Assembly: GCF_031178525.1 (NCBI RefSeq)
Contig: NZ_JAPSJA010000001.1
Location: forward strand, 1 to 59,874
Direction of reading: 5' to 3'
Length of the DNA stretch: 59,874 nt
Origin: Microbacterium sp.
GTDB lineage: Bacteria; Actinomycetota; Actinomycetes; Actinomycetales; Microbacteriaceae
Made by a program: the position numbers and the translations under genes. The notes under the pieces were generated by a model. It saw only the letters and a list, made by a program, of their open reading frames with translations, did no database searches and had not been told where the DNA came from. Positions 1 to 10,522 of the stretch are shown one piece after another; the stretch's first letter is position 1; each line of letters opens with the position of its first letter.

Positions 1-302
1 TCCTGCGCCAGCTCCCGCGCGAGCGGCTGGCGGAACACCTCGCCCGATGGCGTCGGCACCACCAGGACGGCGTCCTCGCCGAGGATGTCGTCGAGCGCCT
101 CGCCCCACGGCTCGGGCTTCATCACCATGCCGGCACCGCCGCCATAGGGGGTGTCGTCGACCGTGCGGTGGCGGTCGTGCGTCCAATCGCGCAGGTCGTG
201 CACCCGCAGGTCGAGCAGGCCCTTCTCACGGGCCTTGCCGATCAGCGAGACGTCCAGCACATCGAAGAACGACGGGAAGATCGTGACGATGTCGATGCGC
301 AT
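1..302 (-). CDS. trmD: tRNA (guanine-N1)-methyltransferase TrmD, 5' part (runs off window)
   Basis: Manual minus-strand translation from ATG at 302: [28 protein letters not shown]...[32 protein letters not shown]; follows rimM. Confidence 0.96.
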   Translation of the reverse strand, partial: MRIDIVTIFPSFFDVLDVSLIGKAREKGLLDLRVHDLRDWTHDRHRTVDDTPYGGGAGMVMKPEPWGEALDDILGEDAVLVVPTPSGEVFRQPLARELAQ

Positions 303-306
303 CGGA

Positions 307-897
307 TCAGTCCTCGGACGCGGGGGTCTCCGCCTCGGCAGCAGGATCGGACTCGGGCAGCTCCTCGAAGAGGCCTGCGGGCGGCGTCACGACGACGCGT
401 CCGCCCTCGATGTCGACCTCGGGCACGATCGCCGCGACGAACGGCACGAGCACCTCGCCGTCACCAGACGCCACCACGAGCAGATCCTGCGCCGGGAAGT
501 GGTCTACGCGCGCGACCTTGCCGACGACCGATCCGTCCCGCACGACGTCGAGGCCGACGAGCTGGTGGTCGTACCACGCGTCGGGCTCGGAGGCGGCGTC
601 CTCGTCCTCGTCGATCCAGAGGATCGCGCGCACGAGCGTGTCGGCGGCCGTGCGGTCGTCGACGCCTTCGAAGAAGACCACAGGGTGCTGGTTCATCCAG
701 CGGAACTCACGCACGGTGATCGTCTTGCCGTGCCACTGCGACTGCTCGGGCACCTGCAGCGTGAAGGACGCCCCCTGCACGAAACGGCGGTCGGGGTCGT
801 CGGTGTACAGCTCGAGCTTGAGGGCGCCCTTGAGCCCGTGGGCCTTGACGAGGCGGCCGACGCGCAGCTGGTTCTTCGCGGACTTCGCGGCTGCCAC
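307..897 (-). CDS. rimM: 16S rRNA processing protein RimM
   Basis: [38 protein letters not shown] motifs; GTG start at 897 chosen; rpsP-khpA-rimM-trmD order. Confidence 0.95.
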   Translation of the reverse strand: MAAAKSAKNQLRVGRLVKAHGLKGALKLELYTDDPDRRFVQGASFTLQVPEQSQWHGKTITVREFRWMNQHPVVFFEGVDDRTAADTLVRAILWIDEDEDAASEPDAWYDHQLVGLDVVRDGSVVGKVARVDHFPAQDLLVVASGDGEVLVPFVAAIVPEVDIEGGRVVVTPPAGLFEELPESDPAAEAETPASED

Positions 898-898
898 G

Positions 899-1129
899 TC
901 AGTCGTCCGCGACGTCGACGCGCACGCGCTTGCCGTCCGCCAGGGCGGCGACGAGGGTGCGCAGTGCCTTCGCGGTACGGCCGCCGCGCCCGATGACCCG
1001 GCCACGGTCGTCCGCGTGGACGTGCACTTCCAGCACATCCCCGCGAGACGACGTGGACGAGTCGATGCGCACGTCGTCCGGGTGATCCACGACCCCCTTG
1101 ACGAGGTGCTCGAGCGCGGCGGCCAGCAC
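899..1129 (-). CDS. khpA: KH-domain RNA-binding protein KhpA
   Basis: LEHLVKGVVDHPDDV...DRGRVIGRGGRTAKALRT (GxxG KH loop); lies between rpsP and rimM. Confidence 0.93.
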   Translation of the reverse strand: MLAAALEHLVKGVVDHPDDVRIDSSTSSRGDVLEVHVHADDRGRVIGRGGRTAKALRTLVAALADGKRVRVDVADD

Positions 1130-1131
1130 GA

Positions 1132-1536
1132 TTACTCTGCGGCCTCGGCCTCGGCGGGAGCCTCGGCGGGCTCCTCGGCCTTCTTCGGGGCCTGCGGCTT
1201 GACGACGGACTTCTTCGAGGCGTCGGCGACGTAGCCCGACTTCTCCTCGCGGGTCTTCAGGGTGCTCGTGGCACCCTTCTCGCCCTTGAAGGTGCCCCAG
1301 TCGCCCGTGATCTTGAGGATCGCGCGCACCTGCTCGGTCGGCTGCGCGCCGACCGACAGCCAGTACTGCGCACGCTCCGAGTCGACCTCGATGAACGAGG
1401 GCTCCTCGGTCGGGTGGTACTTGCCGATCTCCTCGATCACGCGGCCGTCGCGCTTGGTGCGCGAGTCGGCGACGACGATGCGGTAGTACGGCGCACGGAT
1501 CTTGCCCAGGCGCTTCAGACGGATCTTGACAGCCAC
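1132..1536 (-). CDS. rpsP: 30S ribosomal protein S16
   Basis: [42 protein letters not shown]; AGGAG RBS upstream of GTG at 1536. Confidence 0.98.
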   Translation of the reverse strand: MAVKIRLKRLGKIRAPYYRIVVADSRTKRDGRVIEEIGKYHPTEEPSFIEVDSERAQYWLSVGAQPTEQVRAILKITGDWGTFKGEKGATSTLKTREEKSGYVADASKKSVVKPQAPKKAEEPAEAPAEAEAAE

Positions 1537-1671
1537 GATTCTCCTGTGTGGTGTGTAAAGCGAGACGAACCAGTCGCCAGGTAGTGGGGTGCACACCGGC
1601 GGAAGCTCAAGAGGAGGACTCTGGGCGCTGGATAGAGGGTCGAGCACCCGGTCCGACCCTCCATTCTGCCA
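1537..1671 (-). promoter_or_regulatory. rpsP promoter (extended -10 TGGCAGAAT) and structured ~125-nt 5' UTR
   Basis: Minus strand TGG-CAGAAT at 1671-1663, followed by hairpin GAGGGTCG...CGACCCTC (1635-1661). Confidence 0.55.
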
Positions 1672-1732
1672 GATCCCCGGAGCCGTCGCGAACAGCTTGC
1701 CGGGCCGCGCGCAGGCCCCGCACACTGAGCGG

Positions 1733-2914
1733 ATGACGATCGCTTTCGCCAAGTCCGCCCGCTCCACCGTCGGCATCGAGTGGGAGCTCATGCTCGCCGA
1801 CGAGAAGACCGGCGATCTCGTGGGCCGCGCCCCCGAGATCATGCCCGCGCTGGAGGAGGCGACGGCCCTCGAACGGCACACCGTCACGGCCGAGCTGCTG
1901 ACGAACACGATCGAGCTGACCAGCGGCGTCGGCGACACCGTCGCTGCCGCGGTGGACGACATCTCCGACGCGATCGACGCCGTGCGCACGCAGACGGACC
2001 CCCTCGGCATCGAGCTGATGTGCGCAGGCAGTCACCCCTTCGCCCGCTGGTTCGACCAGAAGGTCACCGAGAAGACCCGCTACGAGAAGCTCATCGAGCG
2101 CACCCAGTGGTGGGGGCGCAACATGATGATCTGGGGCATCCACGTCCACGTCGGCATCGACCACGTCGACAAGGTCTTCCCGATCATCCACGCCCTCACC
2201 GGCTACATCCCGCACCTGCAGGCGCTGTCGGCATCGAGCCCGTTCTGGGCGGGCGAGAGCACGGGGTACGCCTCGAACCGCGCGCTGGTGTTCCAGCAGC
2301 TGCCCACGACGGGGCTGCCGTGGCAGCTCCAGAGCTGGGCCGAGTACGAGGCCTACATCGACGACATGACGCGCACGGGCGTGATCGCCGATGCCACGGA
2401 GATCCGCTGGGACGTGCGGCCCGCCGCGCACTGGGGGACGATCGAGGTGCGCGCGTGCGACGGCATGTCGACGCTCCCCGAGCTCGCCGCGATGGCTGCC
2501 CTCGTGCAGACGCTCGTGGAATCTTTCTCGCGCGATCTCGACGAGGGCCGGGAGCTGCCCGCCCTGCAGCCCTGGTTCACGCGCGAGAACAAGTGGCGCG
2601 CCGCGCGATACGGGCTCGACGCCGACGTGATCGTCGACCGCGAGGGCACGCAGGTGCCCGTGCGTGAGCACGTCCGCGAGACCCTGGAGCGCCTCGAGCC
2701 CATCGCGGTGGAGCTCAAATGCGCCAAGGAGTTCGCCGAGATCGGCCAGATCCTCGATCGCGGCGCGAGCTACCAGCGTCAGCAGGCCGTCGCCGAGGCC
2801 GCGGGCGGCGACCTCCGTGAGGTCGCCCGCTCGCTCATCCGCGAGTTCCGCAGCGGGCCGACGCTGCGCGAGCGCGTGGGCCTCGGACGGCTGGACGCCA
2901 CCACCGGCGCGTGA
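1733..2914 (+). CDS. Glutamate--cysteine ligase family 2 (YbdK-like carboxylate-amine ligase)
   Basis: [57 protein letters not shown] motifs. Confidence 0.9.
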   Translation: MTIAFAKSARSTVGIEWELMLADEKTGDLVGRAPEIMPALEEATALERHTVTAELLTNTIELTSGVGDTVAAAVDDISDAIDAVRTQTDPLGIELMCAGSHPFARWFDQKVTEKTRYEKLIERTQWWGRNMMIWGIHVHVGIDHVDKVFPIIHALTGYIPHLQALSASSPFWAGESTGYASNRALVFQQLPTTGLPWQLQSWAEYEAYIDDMTRTGVIADATEIRWDVRPAAHWGTIEVRACDGMSTLPELAAMAALVQTLVESFSRDLDEGRELPALQPWFTRENKWRAARYGLDADVIVDREGTQVPVREHVRETLERLEPIAVELKCAKEFAEIGQILDRGASYQRQQAVAEAAGGDLREVARSLIREFRSGPTLRERVGLGRLDATTGA

Positions 2915-3868
2915 TCAGCGGTCGGCGAGCAGCCCGCGCGCGAGCGTCTCGTCGACGACGACGTCGGTCACGAGCCCCGACACGATCGCGCCGCGGAGGG
3001 CCGGCGCCTTGTGCTCGCCTGCCGCGATGGCCAGCCGCCGCGGCACGCGCCGCAGCCGGTCGAGCGCGGGACCGGTCGTGCGCGCATTGAGCCGGATGTC
3101 GCGCCACGTGCCGTCGCCGCGGAAGAACACGGTCGCGACGTCCCCCACCGCGCCGTCCTCGGCCAGGCTGCGGAAGTCGCCGCGGTCCAGGTAGCCGCCG
3201 GCATACACGCGGCTCGGCACGTCCGCGGTCGGCGACCCGACGCCGAACACCGCGAGGTCCATGCGGGCCTGCATCTCGAGCACGCGGCGCGTGCTGCGCT
3301 CTCGCCACATCGCCTCGCGCGTGCCGGGGTCGTCGAAGAACGCGGGCACGGGGAACTGCTGCACGCGCGCTCCGTACGCCTGCCCGAACCGCTGCAGGAT
3401 CTCGCTCGCGTACTCGATGCCCGTCGTCTGCATGTTGCCGGCGCCGTTGAGCTGCACGACCGTCACGTTGTGCAGCTCCTTCGGCGTGAGATGCCGGCTC
3501 ACGGCGCCGATCGTCGAGCCCCACGCGACGCCGATCAGCATGTTGGAGTCGACGTAGCTGGCGAGCAGTCGGGCCGCGGTCATGGCGACGCGCTCGAGAC
3601 GGTCAACCTCGCTCACGCTCTCGGGGATCGGGACCACCTGCGCCGTGACGCGGAAGCGCTCGCGGATGCGCATCTCCAGCTCGGTGCCGCCCGACAGCGG
3701 CGACGAGATCCGGATGTCGACGATCCCGCTCTCGCGCGCGAGCGAGAGCAGGCGCGACACGGATGAGCGAGACACCGCCAGCTCCGCGGCGATCGCCTCC
3801 ATGGTCATGTCCTGCATGTAGTACATCTGCGCCGCCGCAAGCGCCGCCGTGACCCTGTCCTCGCGCAT
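2915..3868 (-). CDS. SorC/DeoR-type sugar-binding transcriptional regulator of glycerol genes
   Basis: N-terminal HTH (AAQMYYMQDMTMEAIAAELAVSRSSVSRLL), GVAWGST, sugar-binding domain; divergent from glpD; start may be ~30 nt further upstream. Confidence 0.88.
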   Translation of the reverse strand: MREDRVTAALAAAQMYYMQDMTMEAIAAELAVSRSSVSRLLSLARESGIVDIRISSPLSGGTELEMRIRERFRVTAQVVPIPESVSEVDRLERVAMTAARLLASYVDSNMLIGVAWGSTIGAVSRHLTPKELHNVTVVQLNGAGNMQTTGIEYASEILQRFGQAYGARVQQFPVPAFFDDPGTREAMWRERSTRRVLEMQARMDLAVFGVGSPTADVPSRVYAGGYLDRGDFRSLAEDGAVGDVATVFFRGDGTWRDIRLNARTTGPALDRLRRVPRRLAIAAGEHKAPALRGAIVSGLVTDVVVDETLARGLLADR

Positions 3869-3903
3869 CCGCCTTCTCCCGTCCCGTGCTCGGACCATCA
3901 TCC

Positions 3904-3917
3904 TGCACGTTTGTGCA
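3904..3917. promoter_or_regulatory. Palindromic operator TGCAC-GTTT-GTGCA between regulator and glpD
   Basis: 5-bp-arm dyad in the divergent intergenic region. Confidence 0.55.
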
Positions 3918-3982
3918 GTGGAGTTGACCGGATGTGCTCCACGTGACGATTCTGGACCTGTCGCCAATGCAAGGGGGTCACG

Positions 3983-5692
3983 ATGACGGACAGCACGAGT
4001 TCCCGCCCGCGGGAGAGAGCCGCGATCACGAAGGCTCGCTCCGCGCGGCCTGCCGTGCTGGTGATCGGCGGCGGCATCAACGGCATCGCGACGTTCCGCG
4101 ACCTCGCCCTGCAGGGGGTCGACGTCCTGCTCGTCGAGCGCGGTGACTTCGCCTCCGGCGCCTCGGCCGCATCGAGCCACATGATCCACGGCGGCATCCG
4201 CTACCTCGAGAACGGCGAGTTCCGCCTCGTGCGCGAATCCGTGCAGGAGCGCAACGGCCTGCTCAGGATCGCGCCGCACTACGTCAAGCCGCTGCGCACC
4301 ACGATCCCGATCTACTCGACGTTCTCGGGCATCCTGTCGGCGCCCCTGCGCTTCCTCACCCACCGCACGGGCAAGCCGACCGAGCGGGGCGCGTTCCTCA
4401 TCAAGATCGGACTCACGATCTACGACACGTTCTCGCGTGCCGGCGGCATGGTGCCGCGCCACCGGTTCCTCGGCCGGAAGCGCTCGCTCGCGGAGCTGCC
4501 CCAGCTGGACCCGAACATCAAGTACACGGCCACCTACTTCGATGCCTCCATGCACGACCCCGAGCGCCTCGCGCTCGACGTGCTGCAGGACGGGCTCGAC
4601 GCCCACGGCGGTGCCGTCGCGCTGAACTACGTCGAGGCGGTCGGTCGCTCCGAGGACGGGGTCGTGCTGCGCGACCTCGAGACGGGCTCGGAGTTCACGG
4701 TCGCGGCCGACGTCGTCGTCAACGCGTCCGGCCCCTGGACCGACCTGACGAACGCGGCGCTCGGCACCGACACGCGGTTCATGGGCGGCACGAAGGGCTC
4801 GCACATCGTCCTGGATCACCCGGAGCTGCTCGCGGCGACGGGCGGACGCGAGATCTTCTTCGAGCACTCCGACGGCCGAATCGTGCTGATCTACCCGCTC
4901 AAGGGCCGCGTGCTCGTCGGCACCACCGACATCGACGCGGAACCGGGCGAGGCGGTCGTGTGCACCGAGGAGGAGGTCGACTACTTCTTCGACCTGATCC
5001 ATCACGTGTTCCCGACGATCTCGGTCGATCGCGGGCAGATCGTGTTCCGCTTCTCCGGGATCCGCCCGCTTCCCCGCCACGAGGACACCGCGCCGGGCTT
5101 CGTCTCGCGCGACTACCGGATCGAGGTCGACCGCTCGTCGCGCGCGCCGCTTGTCAGCCTCGTCGGCGGCAAGTGGACGACGTTCCGCGCGCTCGGCGAG
5201 GCGCTCGCCGACACGGTCCTGGGTCTGCTCGGACGCACGCGCCGCGTGCGCACGGCGGGACGGACGATCGGCGGCGGCAAGGACTTCCCGCGCACCGCGA
5301 CCGACCGCGACGCCTGGATGCGGGTGCACCTCGAGGGCGCGGGCGACCGCGCCGGCATCCTGCTCGAGCGCTACGGCACGCGCGCGGCCGATGTGTGGGC
5401 GCACATCCGTGAGCACGGCGGCGACGAGCCGCTCGTGCACAGCCCCGTGTCGGCCGGCGAGCTGCGCTGGATGGTCGAGCGCGAGCATGTCGTGCACCTG
5501 CCGGACGTCGTGCTGCGCCGCACGGCGATCGCGTTCACGGGTGGTGCGACCACGGCCGCGCTCGAGGAGCTCGCCGATGCGCTCGCTCCCCTGCTGGGCT
5601 GGGACGACGAGGCGCGCAAGCGCGAACTCGCCGCCACGAGAGTCCTCCTCGTCGAGCGCCATGGCGGTACGGTCCCGGAAGCAGCCTCCTGA
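3983..5692 (+). CDS. glpD: FAD-dependent glycerol-3-phosphate dehydrogenase/oxidase
   Basis: VLVIGGGING, SSHMIHGGIRYLE, KGSHIV, GTTD, SGIRPL, GGKWTTFR. Confidence 0.93.
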   Translation: MTDSTSSRPRERAAITKARSARPAVLVIGGGINGIATFRDLALQGVDVLLVERGDFASGASAASSHMIHGGIRYLENGEFRLVRESVQERNGLLRIAPHYVKPLRTTIPIYSTFSGILSAPLRFLTHRTGKPTERGAFLIKIGLTIYDTFSRAGGMVPRHRFLGRKRSLAELPQLDPNIKYTATYFDASMHDPERLALDVLQDGLDAHGGAVALNYVEAVGRSEDGVVLRDLETGSEFTVAADVVVNASGPWTDLTNAALGTDTRFMGGTKGSHIVLDHPELLAATGGREIFFEHSDGRIVLIYPLKGRVLVGTTDIDAEPGEAVVCTEEEVDYFFDLIHHVFPTISVDRGQIVFRFSGIRPLPRHEDTAPGFVSRDYRIEVDRSSRAPLVSLVGGKWTTFRALGEALADTVLGLLGRTRRVRTAGRTIGGGKDFPRTATDRDAWMRVHLEGAGDRAGILLERYGTRAADVWAHIREHGGDEPLVHSPVSAGELRWMVEREHVVHLPDVVLRRTAIAFTGGATTAALEELADALAPLLGWDDEARKRELAATRVLLVERHGGTVPEAAS

Positions 5693-5769
5693 TCCTCCGG
5701 GGCGGTGCCGCCGTCCCGGATCCCCCGCGCGACAGAGATGTCGCGTGAATCTGAAAGGTCGAAGAAGAC

Positions 5770-6522
5770 ATGCAAGATGTGAATCTCGGGCTTTACTTCC
5801 TGTCCGAGCTCGTCGGCACAGCGATGCTGATCCTGCTCGGTGCGGGCGTCGTGGCGAACGCGATCCTGGGCAGGGCGAAGGGCTTCGGCGCCGGCTTCCT
5901 CATGATCAACTGGGGATGGGGCCTCGCGGTGTTCGCGGGCGTGCTCGTCTCGTCGTACTCCGGAGCGATCCTGAACCCCGCCGTGGGCATCGGCCTGCTG
6001 ATCCGCGGCGACATCGACATCGTCCAGTACCTGGTGGCCACGGCGGGCGAGCTCGTCGGTGCGATCATCGGCGCGATCCTCGCGTGGGCCGCGTACAAGC
6101 AGCACCTCGACGAGGAGACGGATCCGGGCGCCAAGCTCGGCGTCTTCTCGACCGGCCCGGCGATCCGCTCGTACGGCTGGAACCTCGTGACGGAGGTCAT
6201 CGGCACGTTCGTGCTGGTGTTCGTGATCTTCGCGTTCGCCGACTACGGCGACATCGAGGTCGGCACCCCCGGCGGCCTCGGCCCGCTGACGGCGCTCCCG
6301 GTCGCGCTGCTCGTCGTCGGCATCGGCGCCTCCCTCGGCGGCCCGACGGGCTACGCGATCAACCCCGCGCGCGACCTCGGTCCGCGCATCGCGCACGCCA
6401 TCCTGCCGATCCGCGGCAAGGGCTCGAGCGACTGGGCCTATTCGTGGGTCCCGGTCGTCGGTCCCCTCGTCGGCGGTGCGCTCGCCGGCCTCGCCGCTCC
6501 CCTGCTCCTGAGCCTCAGCTGA
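5770..6522 (+). CDS. glpF: Glycerol uptake facilitator (MIP/aquaglyceroporin)
   Basis: Two NPA motifs (SGAILNPAV; GYAINPARDLGPR), hydrophobic. Confidence 0.95.
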   Translation: MQDVNLGLYFLSELVGTAMLILLGAGVVANAILGRAKGFGAGFLMINWGWGLAVFAGVLVSSYSGAILNPAVGIGLLIRGDIDIVQYLVATAGELVGAIIGAILAWAAYKQHLDEETDPGAKLGVFSTGPAIRSYGWNLVTEVIGTFVLVFVIFAFADYGDIEVGTPGGLGPLTALPVALLVVGIGASLGGPTGYAINPARDLGPRIAHAILPIRGKGSSDWAYSWVPVVGPLVGGALAGLAAPLLLSLS

Positions 6523-6546
6523 ACCATTCCCGAAGGAGAGAATCCC

Positions 6547-8061
6547 ATGGCTGACTACGTCATCGCGATCGACCAGGGCACGACATCGAGTCGCGCCATC
6601 ATCTTCGACAAGAAGGGCTCGATCGTCTCGACCGGGCAGAAGGAGCACGAGCAGATCCTCCCGAAGGCGGGCTGGGTCGAACACGATCCCCTCGAGATCT
6701 GGCGCAACGTGCAGGAGGTCATCGGCGTCGCACTCGCCAAGGCCGATCTGACGCGTCACGACATCGCGGCGGTGGGCATCACGAACCAGCGCGAGACCGC
6801 GGTCGTGTGGGACCGCACGACCGGCAGGCCCGTCTACAACGCGATCGTGTGGCAGGACACCCGCACGCAGAGCATCGTCGACCGGCTCGCGGAGGACGGC
6901 GGCGTCGACCGTTTCAAGCCGATCGTGGGTCTGCCGCTCGCGACGTACTTCTCGGGCACGAAGATCGCCTGGATCCTCGAGAACGTCGACGGCGCGCGCG
7001 CCAAGGCCGACTCCGGCGACCTGATGTTCGGCACCACCGACAGCTGGGTGCTGTGGAACCTCACGGGCGGGACGGACGGCGGCGTGCACGCCACGGACGT
7101 CACGAACGCGTCGCGCACGCTGTTCATGGATCTCGAGACGCTCGAGTGGCGCGACGACATCCTCGAGGTGTTCGGCGTGCCGCGCTCGATGATGCCCGAG
7201 ATCCGGTCGTCCTCCGAGGTGTACGGCGCCGCCGAGAGCTCGTCGCTGCTGCGCGAGACGCCCATCGCCGGCATCCTCGGCGACCAGCAGGCCGCCACGT
7301 TCGGACAGGCGGCCTTCGACACCGGTGAGAGCAAGAACACCTACGGCACGGGCAACTTCCTGATCTTCAACACGGGCGAGGAGATCGTCCACTCGAAGAA
7401 CGGACTGCTCACGACCGTCGGCTACAAGCTCGGCGACGCCCCGACGCACTACGCGCTCGAGGGCTCGATCGCGGTCACCGGCTCACTCGTGCAGTGGCTG
7501 CGCGATCAGCTCGGGATCATCGGATCGGCCCCCGAGGTCGAGCGGCTCGCCACCACGGTCGAGGACAACGGCGGCGTGTACTTCGTGCCGGCGTTCTCGG
7601 GCCTGTTCGCGCCGTACTGGCGGCCGGATGCGCGCGGCGCGCTGGTGGGCCTCACCCGCTACGCGAACAAGGGTCACATCGCCCGCGCCGCGCTCGAGGC
7701 GGTCGCGTTCCAGACGCGCGACGTGATCGACGCCGTCAACGCCGACGCGGGCGTGGACCTGACGGAGCTCAAGGTCGACGGCGGCATGGTCGCCAACGAC
7801 GCGCTCATGCAGTTCCAGGCCGATGTGCTCGGCGTGCCGGTCGTGCGCCCCGTCGTCGCCGAGACCACGGCGCTCGGCGCGGCCTATGCCGCGGGCCTCG
7901 CGGTGGGCTTCTGGTCGGGTCTCGAGGACCTGCGCGCCAACTGGCAGGAGGACAAGCGCTGGGAGCCGTCGCTCGACGCGGAGGAGGTCGAGCGTCAGCT
8001 GCGCCTCTGGCGCAAGGCCGTCACGAAGTCGATGGACTGGGTCGACGCCGACGTCCGCTGA
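6547..8061 (+). CDS. glpK: Glycerol kinase
   Basis: [46 protein letters not shown]. Confidence 0.97.
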   Translation: MADYVIAIDQGTTSSRAIIFDKKGSIVSTGQKEHEQILPKAGWVEHDPLEIWRNVQEVIGVALAKADLTRHDIAAVGITNQRETAVVWDRTTGRPVYNAIVWQDTRTQSIVDRLAEDGGVDRFKPIVGLPLATYFSGTKIAWILENVDGARAKADSGDLMFGTTDSWVLWNLTGGTDGGVHATDVTNASRTLFMDLETLEWRDDILEVFGVPRSMMPEIRSSSEVYGAAESSSLLRETPIAGILGDQQAATFGQAAFDTGESKNTYGTGNFLIFNTGEEIVHSKNGLLTTVGYKLGDAPTHYALEGSIAVTGSLVQWLRDQLGIIGSAPEVERLATTVEDNGGVYFVPAFSGLFAPYWRPDARGALVGLTRYANKGHIARAALEAVAFQTRDVIDAVNADAGVDLTELKVDGGMVANDALMQFQADVLGVPVVRPVVAETTALGAAYAAGLAVGFWSGLEDLRANWQEDKRWEPSLDAEEVERQLRLWRKAVTKSMDWVDADVR

Positions 8062-8074
8062 TCGGCTGATGCAC

Positions 8075-8110
8075 ACGACGCCCCGGGAGCTGCGGCTCCC
8101 GGGGCGTCGT
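8075..8110. terminator. Hairpin between convergent glpK and ffh (likely terminator)
   Basis: Perfect 16-bp stem ACGACGCCCCGGGAGC / GCTCCCGGGGCGTCGT with 4-nt loop. Confidence 0.8.
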
Positions 8111-8134
8111 CGTTCGTGATGTGCGCGCCGACGA

Positions 8135-9688
8135 TCAGCCGCGACCGAACAGCTTCTGGATCTCCGCGAGGTCGGCCTCGCTCGGCGCCTGCTGGGCACC
8201 GAGGCCGAAGCCCGAGCCGGTGGGCTGCTGCGCGGACGCCGCGAGGCCCGCGTTCTCGGCCGCGCGCTTGGCGGGATTGCCCGACCGGGAGCCGCTCTTC
8301 TTCGCCTGCTTGCCGCGCTTGGACGAGCCGCCGGGGCGACCCATGCCGGGCATCGGGCCCATCCCGGGGATGTTCGGAGTGCCGCCGCGCGCCACGGTCT
8401 TCATCATCTTGGCGGCCTGCTCGAAGCGGTTGACCAGCTGGTTCACGTCGGTCACCGTCATGCCGGATCCGCGCGCGATGCGGGCGCGGCGGGACCCGTT
8501 CAGCAGCTTCGTGTTGTTGCGCTCGGCGGGCGTCATCGACCGGATGATCGCCTCGGTGCGGTCGATCTCACGCTCGTCGAAATCATCCAGCTGCTGCTTC
8601 ATCTGGCCCATGCCCGGCAGCATGCCGAGCATCTTCTTCATCGAGCCCATCTTCTTGAGCTGCTGCATCTGGTCGAGGAAGTCCTCGAGCGTGAACTGGT
8701 CCTTCGCGAACTTCTCGGCGACCTTCGCGGCCTGCTCCTCGTCGAAGGCCTGCTGGGCCTGCTCGATCAGGGTCAGGATGTCGCCGAGGTCCAGGATGCG
8801 GCTCGCCATCCGGTCGGGGTGGAACGGCTCGATGTCGTCGAGCCCCTCGCCCGTGGACGCGAAGATGATCGGGCGCCCCGTGATCGACGCGACCGACAGC
8901 GCGGCGCCGCCGCGCGCATCGCCGTCCAGCTTCGACAGCACGACACCCGTGAAGTCGACGCCCTCCTGGAAGGCCCGCGCCGTGTTGACGGCGTCCTGAC
9001 CGATCATCGCGTCGATCACGAACAGCACCTCGTCGGGGCTGGTGGCGCGGCGGATGTCGGCGGCCTGCTTCATGAGCTCGGCGTCGACGCCGAGGCGCCC
9101 GGCCGTGTCGATGATGACCACGTCGTGCTGCTTCTGCGCGGCGAACGCGACACCGTCCCGCGACACGCGCACGGGATCGCCCACACCGTTGCCCGGCTCG
9201 GGCGCGTAGATGGCGGCGCCCGCGCGCTCCGCGACGACCTGAAGCTGGTTCACGGCGTTCGGACGCTGCAGGTCGGCCGCGACGAGCAGCGGCGTGTGGC
9301 CGTCCTTCTCGAGCTGGCGGGCGAGCTTGCCCGCGAACGTCGTCTTGCCCGATCCCTGCAGGCCGGCGAGCATGATCACGGTCGGCGGGTTCTTGGCGAA
9401 CTGCAGGCGCCGCTGCTGCCCCCCGAGGATCCCCACGAGCTCCTCGTTCACGATCTGCACGACCTGCTGCGCGGGATTCAGGGCGCGGTTGACCTCGTCG
9501 CCCAGGGCGCGCTCGCGCACCTTCGCGGTGAAGTCCTTCACGACGGTGAGCGCGACGTCCGCGTCGAGCAGGGCGCGGCGGATCTCGCGGACGGTGCCGT
9601 CGACATCGGCCGGGGAGAGCTTGCCCTTGGTGCGGAGGTTGCGGAAGGTCTCTGTGAGCCGGTCGGAGAGCGTGCCGAAGGTAGCCAT
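8135..9688 (-). CDS. ffh: Signal recognition particle protein Ffh
   Basis: GLQGSGKTT, DTAGR, SKLDGDARGG, Met-rich M domain. Confidence 0.98.
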   Translation of the reverse strand: MATFGTLSDRLTETFRNLRTKGKLSPADVDGTVREIRRALLDADVALTVVKDFTAKVRERALGDEVNRALNPAQQVVQIVNEELVGILGGQQRRLQFAKNPPTVIMLAGLQGSGKTTFAGKLARQLEKDGHTPLLVAADLQRPNAVNQLQVVAERAGAAIYAPEPGNGVGDPVRVSRDGVAFAAQKQHDVVIIDTAGRLGVDAELMKQAADIRRATSPDEVLFVIDAMIGQDAVNTARAFQEGVDFTGVVLSKLDGDARGGAALSVASITGRPIIFASTGEGLDDIEPFHPDRMASRILDLGDILTLIEQAQQAFDEEQAAKVAEKFAKDQFTLEDFLDQMQQLKKMGSMKKMLGMLPGMGQMKQQLDDFDEREIDRTEAIIRSMTPAERNNTKLLNGSRRARIARGSGMTVTDVNQLVNRFEQAAKMMKTVARGGTPNIPGMGPMPGMGRPGGSSKRGKQAKKSGSRSGNPAKRAAENAGLAASAQQPTGSGFGLGAQQAPSEADLAEIQKLFGRG

Positions 9689-9777
9689 GATCCTCAGATT
9701 CTACCGGCGCGGCCTGACCCCTGCGGCGCTGCACGGCCGTGAGGCCGCCCCCGCCGAATCTGCACCGCATCGGGTCC

Positions 9778-9811
9778 GCGGGCGTATTGTTGGACGCAAT
9801 CCAGAAATACG
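9778..9811 (+). promoter_or_regulatory. lipBA -10 box (TATTGT) overlapped by dyad operator CGTATTGTTGGA-N5-TCCAGAAATACG
   Basis: Arms 10/12 complementary; 24/27 identical to 24208-24234. Confidence 0.7.
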
Positions 9812-9822
9812 GAGGGATCCGC

Positions 9823-10467
9823 ATGCTCGATGTCATCCCGGTCGGCCTGGCGCCGGCCTACGTGCCGTACCTCGATGCGTGGGAGCTGCAGCGTCGCGTC
9901 CACGCCGACGTGCGGGCGGGCGAGCGCCCCGACACGCTGCTGCTTCTCGAGCACGAGGCGGTCTACACGGCGGGCGTGCGCACGCAGCCCGAGGACCGAC
10001 CGCGCGACGGCACGCCGGTGCTCGACGTGGACCGCGGGGGTCGCATCACGTGGCACGGTCCGGGCCAGCTGGTCGGATACCCGATCGTCGCGCTGCCGGA
10101 GCCGAACGACGTCGTGGGATATGTGCGGCGCCTCGAACGCGCCCTGATCGCCGCGCTCGCCGAGGCGCGCATCGCAGGTATGCAGATCGCGGGGCGCAGC
10201 GGGGTGTGGATCGAGCGCGCCGGATCCTCCCCCGCCAAGGTGGCCGCCATCGGCGTGCGCGTCGCGGGCGGCGTGACGATGCACGGCTTCGCGATCAACT
10301 GCGACAACGCGCTCGATGCCTTCGGCGCCATCGTGCCGTGCGGGATCCGTGACGCGGGCGTCACGACGATCAGCGAGGTGCGCGGTGAGCGCGTGTCGCC
10401 GCGCGACGTCGTCGGCGTCGTCGCGGCCGCGCTGACGGCGGCATTCGAGACGGCCATCGCGGCTTGA
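9823..10467 (+). CDS. lipB: Lipoyl(octanoyl) transferase LipB
   Basis: [47 protein letters not shown]; GGAGG RBS before ATG 9823. Confidence 0.96.
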   Translation: MLDVIPVGLAPAYVPYLDAWELQRRVHADVRAGERPDTLLLLEHEAVYTAGVRTQPEDRPRDGTPVLDVDRGGRITWHGPGQLVGYPIVALPEPNDVVGYVRRLERALIAALAEARIAGMQIAGRSGVWIERAGSSPAKVAAIGVRVAGGVTMHGFAINCDNALDAFGAIVPCGIRDAGVTTISEVRGERVSPRDVVGVVAAALTAAFETAIAA

Positions 10468-10522
10468 TGCCTCGACCCCTACCGGACCCGACCCGACCCG
10501 ACGACTCGAACGAGGGAACGAC

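Noticed and set aside
1733-2914. Evidence for glutathione biosynthesis
   Set aside because: YbdK/GCS2 ligases are common in Actinobacteria, and no gshB or egt genes are in the window.
2915-5662. 915-aa minus-strand ORF and many other long antisense or alternate-frame ORFs (e.g. 51481-54177, 37984-40239, 48774-50939)
   Set aside because: Shadow ORFs caused by high GC and stop-codon scarcity opposite real genes; Arg/Ala/Gly-rich with no domain motifs. Only the C-terminal ~317 aa of the 915-aa ORF (the regulator) are credible.
10485-10502. (GACCC)3 microsatellite between lipB and lipA
   Set aside because: Only three units, intergenic, and plausible by chance in GC-rich DNA.
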